Source: Gnetum montanum
Lineage: Eukaryota; Plantae; Gnetophyta
Reading direction: 5' to 3'
Assembly (NCBI GenBank): GCA_015680685.1
Contig: MNCI01001040.1
Span: forward strand, 392,090-456,089
DNA: 64,000 bases
The notes below the pieces were generated by a model. It ran no database searches. It had not been told where the DNA came from and saw only the letters and a program-made list of their open reading frames with translations. Position numbers and translations under genes: made by a program. Shown piece after piece: positions 1-12,823 of the stretch (position 1 is the stretch's first letter; the number at the start of each line of letters is the position of its first letter).

Positions 1-796
1 TTTGATGTTCCTAGTGCTCATTGGGGTGCAATACTAACATAGCATTAGCATTTTGGTTCATACCTACATTATTAGCTTTGTCCCAATTTACATGTTTTGG
101 TGGTTCTGCATGATCAATTTGCAAGTTTGGTGTTTTGGAAAGCTCTAGCACATTTAGGACTTTTGCTTCATGTGGCAATCTAGCATTTATCATTCTCACA
201 CTTCAGTATTGCACATTTGGCATTTCATTACAATTTGGAATTCTTTACCATTTGCACTTGGCAAATCCTCTGAATTATCTCTATCTCTGGGTGGGGTACC
301 TCAGGATTCTTGAAAAATTCTAATTCTAGGTCATGTCTTTGGGAGTGTAACCCATGCAAATATTTAGTGAAAAAATGCTAACTATCTACTACACTCCCTA
401 GAGAGCATAGCCCTGAAGAACAGCCAAAACTTCCTAACTATTGGCTACGCCCCGTAGGGAGCATAGCCCCCAAAAATATGCAAAAAACAACAAAAATTCT
501 TTCTAACAATTAGAAGCGTAACCTTGACATAAAAATTTTTAAAAATAATATAATATAAAAACTAACTACTACTCCTACCACCGCACCACTTCCCCATCCT
601 AGGCATTATGACCCCTTCACGACATTACCCAGTATAATCGCATGCAAATGTTATGCACTAGGGCACTCACCATGGCCATGGTCTTGGTATCCCTCCTTGC
701 CCCCTTCACTCCTATGATCATGCAATTGGTTTTCTCCTTACCCCACAACCTTCCCCATGCACTATCTATCTCTGAGACACCTCACCCTCCTCTTAC

Positions 797-866
<70 letters not shown>

Positions 867-1967
867 NTGTGTGCCATCATCACTCACCCAAAAAAATGAG
901 GAGAGATGATGGGGTCTCATGGTCCCTCAATCCCATGCCATGACCACAAAAAAACCCTCATTTTGCTCCTCTCCCCATGCCAAGGTGTTGCAACCCTTAG
1001 AAATGAAAAAAATTTCTTTACAGGAAACCCTAGCTCCTTGTTAATGCAAACCCCCTTTTTAGCCCACACATCACCCTCATGCTACCTAAAAACGTAAACC
1101 CTTGTACCATGCTCACATCCCTCTTGGATGCCATGGTAGGCCGTGCCCTAGAAACCCCCTCTTTTTCCAAAAAAAAAAATTAGAAAAACCCAAAACCTCA
1201 TAGCTCATGCATTGCACCTTGACCCATGCAATGCCAAACAAGCAAAGAGAGAAAAAACAAAAAAAAAATGCTAGCGTAGACCCACAACCCGCACATGCAT
1301 CTTCTCTCTTTGGCCCTAACCACCAAGCCGGCCATGGCACTGATGGTCCCTGCTAAGGCAGGCCATCCCGAAGCCCAAACCCCAATGCAATGCAAAGGAA
1401 GAAAAAATGCAAAGAAAAAATGTTGCAAGGAGGTGAGAGTAGCAAGCATACCTAGTAGTCAGTGATACTCTCCCCTCATCTACCTGCACCTATAGTAGGC
1501 ATTCCAAGGCTAATCTTCCCTCTTCCAAATTGGTGAGTTTGAGGTGTCGATGGTCACTATGGCACATCATCCTAGTGCCACACTCAGGTACTATGCTCTA
1601 GTGCTTCACTCTTCTTTCTATGCTCTAGGCTCCACACCTCACTCTAACAATGCTACGCTATGTGATCTCTCATTTTCACTCTAGAAAATGATAGTTTACC
1701 CCTTGGTAAAATGTGCCACCTACCACACTAGCACATCAACACTTTGGCAAATTTTCTTGGATTTTTGTGGAGCATAGCAAGGGGGTGAATGTAGCAAGGG
1801 GTGAGAATAGAAACTAGAGTTATAAAGGTTTCTAAGCTTTTTCTAACAATTTCCAAACTTAGAAAATTTTCTGAGATTTTTCCAATTGCCCAGCTAATGC
1901 TTAGCCCAATTCCATGTTGTAGATACTCTCTTCCCTGCTTGAATTAACACATCTTGCATAAATGATG

Positions 1968-2085
1968 GTCTTCTAAGACCTTAAACTAGTAAACAGTGGT
2001 CCACTAATATATTAAACTAGCAAATGATGATTCACTAAGACCTTAAACTAACAATCCATGGCCTATCAGGGTTCGAAACTAGCTT
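1968..2085 (+). repeat. Tandem array B of Tat-A (~31-32 bp unit, core TTAAACTAGCA) just upstream of pol
   Basis: ttaaacta cores at 1981, 2012 and 2043, with a degenerate copy near 2075. Confidence 0.85.
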
Positions 2086-2214
2086 ACATGTTTGCTTTTC
2101 TAAATCTAATTTTGCACATTTAGGCAATTTCTCATTGCATTGCTTTCCTCATTCTATGCATTATGACTCTATTAAGATAGATGTGGCTTGATGTTCTTTC
2201 TAGTTATTTTGTAG

Positions 2215-5200
2215 GATATGTCATAGGATTATAGCATAAGTGCATATGAGTGTCTTCGTTCACCTCTAATCCTCATCGGACCTCACAATGACCTCATCTG
2301 ATGCATCAATGCCCAATGCCTAGACCTTAAGTCCACAGCTCATGATAACTATGTAACATCCATAGAAGCACCACTAAATTGGCCTAACCACCTAGTTAGG
2401 GCTCTCAATCTAGAGGTAGGTGACATCACTAAGGATTCCCTCATCAAAGTCCCTATAGCAACACTCAATGGCAAGGTGAAGACACTAAAACTCAATTCCC
2501 TATTAGAGCCTCAACACACCTAAAGCATCATCAAAGTTCTCAATGATAACATCAAGGTGTTTGCATGGTCCTATGAGGACATGCCAGGCCTAGATCCTCG
2601 CATAGTGTAGCACAACATCATCCTCGATCCTCACATAAACATAGTTAAACAAAAATCCTATAAGGTTAGGCCTAAGATGATGTTGGCAATTCGTGATGAA
2701 ATCACCAAGCTCTACAAGGCTAATTTCATCTAGGTAGTCAACTATGCAGATTGGGTTTCCAACATTGTGATTGTACCTAAGAAAAATGGAATCATATGCA
2801 TCTACATAGACTTCCAAGAACTGAAAAAGTTGACCATCAAAGATGATTTTCCATTGCCTAGCATTGACCAACTAGTTAATACTATATATGGTCATGCTTT
2901 GTTATCCTTCATGAATGGGTTGTTTAGATACAACTAGATTCAAATCAACTTGGAGCACCAACTCGATACAACCTTCATGACCCCCTGGGGTACATTTTTC
3001 TATACAATGATTCCTTTCAAACTAAAGAGTGCAGGAGTAACCCACCAATGTGCCATGACATACATCTTCAATGACTACTTGTTAGACTTGCTCAATGACT
3101 ACATTGATGACATTACAATTAAATCCAAGATGGCACATGATCATGTAGATGACTTAGACTACATGCTCAAACATTGTCTTAGACATGACCTTAGGCTAAA
3201 TCCTAAGAAGTGTGTCTTCAATGTCAAGATGGGTTTCATGCTAGGCTTTATGGTATTAGAAGTAGGTATATGCATAGACCCCAGTAAGGTTAAGGCCATC
3301 ACTAACTGAGCATTACCAACTAACCTTAAAGAGTTATGTGGGTTACAAGGTAGATTGCAATTCATACGTCGATTTATCACATGGTTGACTAATAAGCTAA
3401 AACCAAGGTAACATTTTCTCAAAAAGGGAGTCCACTTTGAGTGGATAGCTTAATGTGAAAAGGCATTTGACTACCTCAAATAAGAGCTGGCTCAACTTCC
3501 AATAGTCTACCCTTCACAAGGAGATAAACATTTTTACAACTACCTTGTAGCTTTCGACATGTCCATCACTTCTTTGCTTTTCCAAAAGTGAGATGATGGC
3601 TCAAAGGTCCTTGTATACTACCTAAGCCATGCGTTAGTGGCCCATGAAGCAAAATAAAAAAATGTGAAAAAGAACCACCTTACCTTAGTCTTTGCACTTA
3701 AGAAGTGAAGGCATTATCTCTTCCGTAGTCAAGTAAACATCAACTGCAAAAGTAATGCACTTCAGGTAATCACAATGAACATCTATTAAAGTAGTCAAAT
3801 TTCATAGTGAAAATTAATAACTATGAAGTTTTACTTGCATTACATAGCACAAGCATCAACCAAAGGTCAAGCAATATCCAAGAAACTAATAGCTTCACCA
3901 ATAAACAATCAAGCAATGATAGACCCAGAATTCCCGGATGAGCATGTTAGTAGTATAAGCCAAGTGCCTACAACCTTTGAGGTAATCTTAGACTTTGATG
4001 GTGCTTCAACCTTTCAAGGGGGTAGTGTTATTGCTATCATCATGCTTCCCTCTAGGGATATCTAAACCTTTACATATCACTTCACATTTCCTTGCACTAA
4101 TAATGCAGTGGAGTACAAGGGTCTCTTTAGAGGTCTTATAGTAGCTCATAACCTAGGAATCCAAAACATAGCAATCTAAGGTGATTTTTAGTTAGTCATC
4201 AACTAAGTTACAACCTTATTGTGATTTGGTGAAGCACTTGCTCCATTGGTTTGCAATAGTAAATATCTAGCACATCCCCCACAATGAGAACATCATTGTC
4301 AATACATTAGCCACATTAACCTTAAGAATTTCACCTAACATGTTTCATGCCTTGCCCACTTTAATAACATATTACACCAAGCTCATCACACAAGTAACGA
4401 ACATTACATCCATAGCCACAACAAGCATAGCTTACACACAAGAATGGTATGACAACATTAATGTGTACCTTCAACAGGATGAGTCTCCGCAACATCTTCC
4501 CACTACCCAAAAGGATGCATGTGAAAAAAGTTGTGGTAGTATGTCATTGTAGGTGAGAGCGTGGTTTGTCACAGATCCTATGATGGCATACTACTAACTA
4601 GCATTAGCAATGAGGAAGCATAAATGATCATTGATCAAGTCCATAAGGGACTATGTAGAGGGCACATAGTGCCTAGGGAAATGGCATTGAAAATTAGACA
4701 CTTAGGCTATTATTAGCCTTACATGGAGTACAATGGCATTTCCAAGGCTAAGATATGTGACATGTGTCAACAACATGGCAACTTAATGCATGTGCCACCT
4801 ACTAAACTGCATACCACATAGATCATGTGGTCATTCCAACATTGGGAGCTGGATATCATAGGGCCCATCACCCCTAAGGCCTTTGTAGGACATAGCTTTA
4901 TCATAACTACAACCAAATACTTTACCAAATGGGTTGAAGCTATTCCCCTTAGGAAGACAACATCGCAACAGGTTTGCAAATTCATCCTTGAAAATATAGT
5001 AACCTGATTTGGCCTACCCATGACCATTATCATGGACAATAGGCCACAATTTAGTTGTACAAAGACCAAAGCCTTCTGCAAATACCTTGACATCAAGCAT
5101 CCTTTCTTGTTGCCACATTACCCATAGGCGAATGGCTAGGTGAAGGCCATAAACAAGGTCATCATCAACCTTCTAAAGAAGATGCTTAGTAGCAGCAAAC

Positions 5201-5683
5201 AATGATGGCACAAGTAGTTGGTCTATGCCCTATGGGCCTACCACACCACATGTAGAACAATGATAGGTAGGACACCATATAGCCTTGTGTATGAGTATGA
5301 AGTCATTTTTCCTCTTGAATTACAAGTTCCATCGCTCTGCATAATCCTTTCAAGATTCATTGACAAGGCTCAAAATAATGAGTTGAGAATCATTGACCTC
5401 GATTCTATAGAGGAGGAGTGCATGTAGACACTTGACCACATCAAATGGTATCAAGAAAAGCAATGGAAAAATCACTACCACAATTAGCATCAACACTCAA
5501 TCAAGAGGTGGACTTAGTTCTCAAGGCTATTTGTGAACTTGGGAACAAATTCTCAGCCAATTGGGAAGGGCTTTCTTGGTCACCAAGGCCTATGAAAATG
5601 GAGCATTCAAACTTGCTGATCTAGACAATAATGAATTTGCCAATTTGGTCAACCATTCCTACCTAAAGCCTTACTATGCCTAA
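2215..5683 (+). pseudogene. pol: pol (RT, RNase H, additional archaeal-type RNase H, integrase), many stops; no gag/protease directly upstream
   Basis: TTFMTPWGTF..MIPFKLKSAG, NDYIDDI (RT); RLNPKKCVF; DFDGAS (aRH, ~3991); WELDIIGPI..FTKWVEAIPL and YALWAYHTT (INT); stop TAA 5681-5683. Preceded by acceptor-like ttattttgtag|G at 2214. Confidence 0.93.
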
Positions 5684-5727
5684 AATGCATTACCACATTA
5701 GTAAAAGCAAGGTGAGCAAAGCATTCA

Positions 5728-6270
5728 GTATGATGTTAAACTGGCATAGAGCATCCACTATGATGTTAAAATGGCATAGATAGTACACTATGATTATAAA
5801 CTAGCACAAAATGTCCTTGGGATCTAACGTTAAATTGGCATCTATAGAAAACCCATCTGTAGTGAAACTAGCACAGCAAGTCCACTATGACTATAAATTA
5901 GCACAACATGTCATTGGGCTATGACATTAAATTAACATCCATAGCAAACCCATCCGCTATGACTTTAAACTAGCATAGCAAGTTCACTATGACTATAAAC
6001 TAGCATAGAGCATCTTTGGGCCACAATGTTAAACTAGCATCCACAGCACTCATCTACCACAATGCTTAAACTGACATAGCTCATTCTTGCATCATGATGT
6101 TAAACTACCACAACATCCACTATCTGTTACAATGTTAAACTAGCACACAATAGTCTACTAGGACTATAAACTAGAGCATCATGGTCTACCAAGGTTTTAA
6201 ACTAGGTTCATGGTTTGCTAAGACCTTAAACTAGCATAGCATGTGATCTACCAAGATCTTAAACTAGGTT
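5728..6270 (+). repeat. Tandem array C of Tat-A (~30-38 bp units, core TTAAACT(A/G)GCA) just downstream of integrase
   Basis: More than 15 recurrences of (t/a)aaact(a/g)gca with variable linkers, e.g. tatgatgttaaactggcatag. Confidence 0.9.
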
Positions 6271-7943
6271 CACAATTCAACACACATAACTCAACATGCA
6301 TAGTTTTGCAGACAAGCGAGCATGAATACTTTTGATCCTCCATCATTTGCCCATGCCTCTTGGGCAAGGTAGGGTAGGGCATTGTAGTTCAAGAATGGAG
6401 TTCATGTCATCAAGAAAGAGATCTCTGGAACATTTGTAACATCATCGGCCTTGGAATTTTGCTAATCCTCCAGAGATGCCCTTGGACATTTTTCTAATCT
6501 TTTAAAGCTACTGCCACCATCACCAATTGTGCCATCCCCAAGCTGCACCAACAACATCACTAGCCTTGGGTATTTCATTATTCATTAGAGCTCTCACTGT
6601 CAGCACCACTAGCTGGAGTCCCAGTAGTACTCTGGCCCAATCACAATACTACCATCCTCCAACCCTCACCATTTCCTAGGCTTGAAAGTGCATATAGCAA
6701 CTTGGCTCCTTGCCATTTTGCTAGATTTCCAAGTTCCTATCCTTCATGTGGAGTCTTGAGCACCCGCATTGATGTCACCCCCGACTGCTTCATTAGCCTC
6801 CCTTGGGTGCTCACCTTTGGTGTGGCTACTAAACCTTTTATATCCTTTTGGCTCTAGCACCTACATTGGCCTTCTTACTTTGGCACTACAAGCTCTTAAA
6901 ACTATTTCAGCACTCGTGACACTTGTAGCACCTTCACAACTAGCAATTTGCTCTTATCTCATGTTGTGTGGTTATTCTCTTATTTTCTCTACATTATGTT
7001 TGTAGGACAAAGCCCAAAGGTGGTCATTTAGAGGCATGTTTTATTATAGTGGCAAGTCACCACATTGCTCTAACGTGCCTAGTTGGACTCACCAAGACAC
7101 TCAACAGTGCACATCCCTATTACCCCACTATTGCCTATTTGCATTTACCCCTTTATCTTTCCTTTCCCTATCTTTCCTACTAGCTTCTCTAATGCATATG
7201 GCATCCTTCTTTTAGTCAACCACAAAACCTATGATGGATGTAACACAACTCATCCCATGGGAAGCCTCTATGGGCTAGTCAAAGCCCAAGTGGATGGAAT
7301 GCAAGTCATCCTAGGGAGGAAACACTTGTTCCATAGATGCAATGTGGTTGCCTCTAAGCAAAGCCCATCAAGTGGCACATAGTCCACTCGATGATAAGCA
7401 TCTTGTAGCTAGCATTTTACAAAGAAAAAAAAAGCAAAAAGCAAAATAAAAAAGCATAAAATTCAAAAAAATGAAGGGGGTTAAACATGTCCCCAAGAAA
7501 GAATTTAGCAAAGCTACAATTTTGCAACCAATCCAACCCTAAATTTGCATTAGCCTTCTCATAAGCACTCCAACAAGAGGTCAACATGTTAGGGGTAAGC
7601 CATTTTGGCGCTATGGGTGATAGCTCTCTCACAAGCATGCTAACAAGAGGTCATCATTTCACCAACAAGCCACCCTGCTGTCATGATCATGGTCAACTAT
7701 GTTGATCCCTTGTCTCGTAGTATGATACATCATTTGCATCTCATTGGTTTCTTGCTATCCCAAGATAATTCCCTACATCCATTACTCTCAACATACCATT
7801 TTCTTTAGCACTCTTGAGCCTAGAAAAGTTCCCTCCAACTAGGTACTAATGAGCAATGTTGGTGTCATGCCTGCTGTGGTGTTTTAGGTTCTTTGTTAAC
7901 GTCTCTTGGGCCACTCTTCCAAATGTAAACAAAGAGAGGCCAA

Positions 7944-9711
7944 TGAAACACCACCAAATTTTGGCCATAGTACCTTGATTGCAAATTTTCCTAAGTGTCA
8001 GCATGAGATAATTTTTTTCTAAGTGTTTGGCCCATGATCCCACTACTAGGTCTATGCTCTAGAGCATAGCATGTAGCACAGAACCAACTTTGCAAAATTT
8101 TCTAAGTGTCAACAATAGTCACAGAAATTATTCTAAGTGCCCTACTATGCTCCCATTCCTCCTGGTATGCTCTTGAGTGTAGAAAGTGTATCAACACTCT
8201 GGTGGCTAGTTTGCATGAGTGTTAAGCCAAAAGATATCAAGCTAGCTCAAATGGAAGAAATAGTTTAGCAGATTTTCTAACTCCTAAGGCTACCCCTCCT
8301 TCTATGCTCTAGAGCATAGCTAGCGTAGCAAGAACAAGGACTACAATTTCCACTAGATTTCTCTAAGTGTTCATGTTATGCCCTATCCCCTCCTACTACA
8401 CTCATGAGCATAGTAAGCATAACAGTTTTGGACTTTAGTTTTCTTGCAAAATCTACCTAATTGTTGGGTTACACTCTAGAAAGTAGCTAGCATAGCAACA
8501 TGAAACTACCTCCAAAATATTCCAAAGCTTAGCACAGGCCTTCATTCTAGCTCCAACACTCGTTTGGCAAGTAAGATCAACAACTTGCACTTTCTTTGCA
8601 CCCCCTATGTCCAAAAATTGTACCTACACTTAACCATATTTGAAAGAGGGGAGAGCGTAGTCCCAAAGCGTAGCCTCCAAATTGCACTATTTTACACTAT
8701 TTGTAGGTACATTGTGGTCTTGGCACATGCAATCTTGGCAGCATAGTCACAATTTGGTAGTCTCTTGGGGTCCAATGGAGCATACGAAAGTGTAGCACCT
8801 ATTGCATTAGGAGGAGCATAGCAGAGGTTAGCATAGCCCCACCTACCCCCTTTACCATGTGGCAGTTGATCTACACTTCACACTAATCCTAACCCTATAA
8901 ATAGCTTAGCATTCCACACTCTAGGGGATAAAAATTCAAGCAGCAATTGGCATTTTTGGTTGACAATTTTTCACCCACTTGGCAATTTGACAATCTTTAG
9001 CATTATGCTCAAGTACCACTTAGCACCCAAGGCACCTTGAGCACTCCACATACCAAATTTTATTAGCACCTTGGCAACACCTTCGCATCCCATTTAGCAC
9101 CATAGCATACCATAGCCCACAGGACACAGCGACAACCAACCCAATAGGCACATACTTTGCAACGAACATCGGTCTTCATCTTGGGACACCCCAAAGACTA
9201 TGGCTACACTACTACTATGCTTGTCTATACATTGTGTACCTTCTCACCTCTCTTTTATAATTGCTACACTCCCCATTTGGGGTGATGACATTCTCTCTCT
9301 CTCAAAATCCTCTACATTTTCAAGCATTTATGATGCATTTTTCTTTCAAATTTTAGCATTACATTCACATCTCCTTGCTAATTGACACATTTTTGCACAT
9401 TCACACCATCATTCTCATGCTAGAAAACCCCATTATACTTAGGCTTAGTCAGCCCTAGTACTACCAAAAACACTGTTATAACACTTGGCATTATTTTACA
9501 ACATCAACACTTGCATTTTGACTAACCACACCACACCCAGTTACACCCAATACCCTAGTTTTAGTCAAAAAAAAGTCCTTGTTCAATCAACAAGACTATC
9601 CAGGGCACTTTACCTTCATTTTCTAGTAAGGCCCTCATGTGGAGGCATGGTTGAGGCTATGCACTAGTGAACCCCTCAATGTTTTAGCTGCCAACATTTT
9701 CAATCACTACA
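7944..9711 (+). repeat. 3' LTR of Tat-A (~1.77 kb)
   Basis: TG...CA termini, follows the PPT, TATAAATA at 8896-8903. Homologous to the LTRs at 33566-37055 and 51599-53386. Confidence 0.92.
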
Positions 9712-10095
9712 ATATTTTCTAAATCTTCCTTATAGGTATTTTGGTTACAAAACAAGGATATTGAGGTTTTGGCCATTTCATTCAATTTTATGCTCAAATG
9801 GATTCCTAATTTATCATCACATTCTTGTCAAAATGATTTATAAATTTAGAGAATGATCTTGTTAATAGGTATGATGATATTATTCAAAGGCAACACAATT
9901 TCATTAGATGTTTACTAACAACTTCTCTACTCAATGCTATTGTTCTAGGAGAGCATGAATAGTATTTTTTGGATGATGCTAAGGTTGTAATCAAGATATT
10001 GTTTTTAGATCATTGTTAAGTACACTATTTTTTATAGATAGATAACTGCAGTGGTGATAACAAGAATAAATATTTGTTCCTTTACTTATTATTAC
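9712..10095 (+). pseudogene. DUF7869/Sola-like DDE transposase remnant, 5' fragment
   Basis: Encodes DSNFIITFL and DNCSGDNKNKYLFLYLLL. The reading frame resumes after the Athila insertion at 46190. Confidence 0.72.
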
Positions 10096-11046
10096 TGATG
10101 AGCGATGTAGGTTCCTCTATGCCCAACCATACAAATCATGAAGCATTCATGCATGATCCAATTAAATTCCGTGGACTCTCTAGTTTCTAATGCACTAGTC
10201 TTCTAGGAAGTGAATCTTGCCATAAGGTCATTCATTTTCTTTCCAATTACACTTGTGAAGTACAAAGGTATGGTTAAGTGTAATTGAGGCATATGATTTT
10301 TGTCATTTTATGTTTTATGTTCTTTGATGCTTGAAGAGAGATATAAAGTAATTTAATAACTAATTCAATCTAACTAACTAACTAACTAGTCTCTAGCTAA
10401 TCCTAGTATAAGCATCTGATCCCACTTTCTGTACACATCTTGAATCCATGTATCCACTACTAGGTTACCAAGCACTATGCTACTGGATACACCAAGCAAT
10501 AATGCTACTAGGATTACCAAGCGAATATGTGTTTATGCTCGAAGTAGTCATACCTCTGTACTTAATCTATTTAGCTTAATTAATTAAATTCTAATTTAGC
10601 TTAATTGATTTAATATTTAATAAAAATAATGAATGCATAAATAAAACATTTAAGCTATCCAGAATACTACAAGGTTTATCAAGAAGCTTGTCTTTATTGT
10701 TATACACACTAGTGTGGTTTAGGTACAATAGTTCTTGAATAAAGATTTGTACACTCAATCACTCCTATTGTGGATACTTAGGAAAAATATTCTAACTTTC
10801 AAATACACAAACTACAAGAGCTTTGCTACTACTATGAATCTGATGCCCATAAACATAGTTGAGAGCTTGTATTTATAGTTTTTGCTCTAGGGTTGCATTG
10901 ATGGGGCCCCATAAATGTAGCAAACACTACATCAACATGGCCCCTTCAATGGGGAAACACCACGTAAATGAGGCCCCATCAACAAGGGCCCGTTAATGAG
11001 GCTACATCAATAAAGACCTATCAATGCAACACATTGACACTCATCA
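10096..11046 (-). repeat. 3' LTR of the Athila element
   Basis: TGATGAG...CTCATCA inverted termini; direct repeat of 45234-46189; adjacent G-run on the minus strand at ~11049-11053 (PPT-like). Confidence 0.93.
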
Positions 11047-11249
11047 TACCCCCATGACTGAATAAAAACTTGTCCTCAAGTTCTTTTACAAAATTGGGAA
11101 GGTATGGGATTATTGACTAACTCTTAACAAAACAAAAAAAACTAACTTGACAAAACTGAGTGCCCAAGTGTACGAATTAACACATTATAAAATTACGATG
11201 TTCATGACACAAAATTGAACACCATGACATGACTACAAATATTTGTATA

Positions 11250-12823
11250 GCACATCCTCTGATGGTGTCAAGACAAAGATGAACATTAGATAGTACCATG
11301 TGGTGGTGCCTGTTGAGGCTCTAAAGGACTTTTGCTAGCTTTAAGCACATGTGGTAGTTGAGGTGGCTATGGTTGTCCTACTATAGTTGCAACCTCTAGT
11401 GGAAGGCAAAAGGCATCAAGCAATGCCTTCATATTCTCCTCGTTACTCCAAGGATCATTCATAGTCCATGAGGCATCACTAATGTGAGTTGGAATGGGAA
11501 TATCCCATGGACAAGGCATGACCGAGAACATCTCCTTTATGTTAACAAACCAAGCAACAAACTATTTACATTTGATGTTGAATTCCCTTACTACATTTTG
11601 CAACTCCTAGTAGTCATTCATCCTCCTAGCCAAGTTCTTGATAGTTGATCATTGATCTATGAATCATGCCTTGAGAACTTTGGGTTTAGCATTGGCCATC
11701 AAAAGCTTGTCCTTGGTGTTCTTGTGGTGGTCTAACTTGGCCTCGTATAGTAAGTACGAGTTGGCCACCTATTTCCCTAATTCAAACTATGGCCATCTAG
11801 TAGTCAACATGGCCAGATTTGTGTAATGGAGATTGGCAAGCTCCATGTACTCCATCATCTCCTCGATCTACAACTCCTTCTTGTGTATTTCCACCTTTTT
11901 GTAGGCATCTATCCCATCAAAAATGGATTGCCATAACTCTTTTTCTTGTTGGAGTTACTAGAGGGTCTCATTTACCTTTACCTTCACTAACTAGATGTGC
12001 TTCTCATTTACTTCTTTTAGTAGACTAACTTGTTCTCTATAGTGGTCCTTGACTCTCTTAAATTTGAGAGCCTGCAATTTGTAGGTGGTTATGCACACAC
12101 CTCCTCTATGGAGAGATTCCTATTCTTTGCTACCAATCTTATCAATTTTTTATTTTCTCTAGCTAGTTGCTCCTACTATAGTTTCTTTTGTACATCAATA
12201 TTCCATAGGTAATGATTCTCTGTGGTCAATTGGACATTATCCTAATGGGTCTAATCTAATGACTTTTGAATCTTATGTTGTGTGGCCTCTACCAAGGATC
12301 TATTAAACACCTCCATTTCCATTGCAGCTCAACCCCATTGAGCTTAGTGTGAAGTTATGCCATAGCCTCATCTCTTGTTAGTGCTAAGTTGAGAAATGCG
12401 GGATTGGCAATCTAGGCTCTTAGATCAGCAACTTCCATAGCCAAGCATTCATTCTACTCCTTAGCTATTTCAAGTTGCCCCTCAAATATGATATTTTTGG
12501 CTCTTGACACTAGTAGCTCTAACTAGGTTATAGTGATGTTGTCTAAAAGGTCAAAGACATCTAGAAGCAATTGCCCAATTTCCACTAGTCAATCTATCAG
12601 TTCCTCATACTATGTTATGCTTATTCTACCACTTATTATCCCTGCAAATATCTACACATCTCTGAGTGAAGTGATGTCTAGTGTAGATGCCACAAGTGCA
12701 TTGAGCATTTCAAAAATTCTATCAATGATCACTTCTACTATTGTTTCTTGTCCCTAGTGCTGCATCCTCCTCCAAGTACATCAAGAAGGTCACAACATTC
12801 CCAGAGATTTTTGTGAGTGTTTG
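11250..12823 (-). pseudogene. C-terminal part of the Athila 3' extra (env-like position) ORF, charged/coiled-coil-like, decayed
   Basis: Codon-like E/K/L/Q-rich reading on the minus strand between the Tat-B insertion and the Athila PPT. Assignment is by position. Confidence 0.5.

Larger units (their letters stand above)
1..9711 (+). mobile_element. Tat-clade Ty3/gypsy LTR retrotransposon, copy A (5' part outside window): internal spacer, pol, tandem array, 3' region, PPT, 3' LTR
   Basis: RT-RH-aRH-INT remnants at 2215-5683. PPT aaagagagg 7931-7939 precedes an LTR starting TGAAACACCACC (7944) and ending ...CACTACA (9711). Collinear with copy B (minus strand). Confidence 0.93.

Noticed and set aside
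798-867. 69-nt poly-C giving a poly-proline ORF (642-899)
   Set aside because: Homopolymer ending in N; its length is probably a sequencing or assembly artefact, and the ORF has no other support.
5728-6270. CRISPR-like appearance of the core-plus-variable-linker arrays
   Set aside because: Eukaryotic TE context, short degenerate cores, linkers related to each other, and no cas genes.
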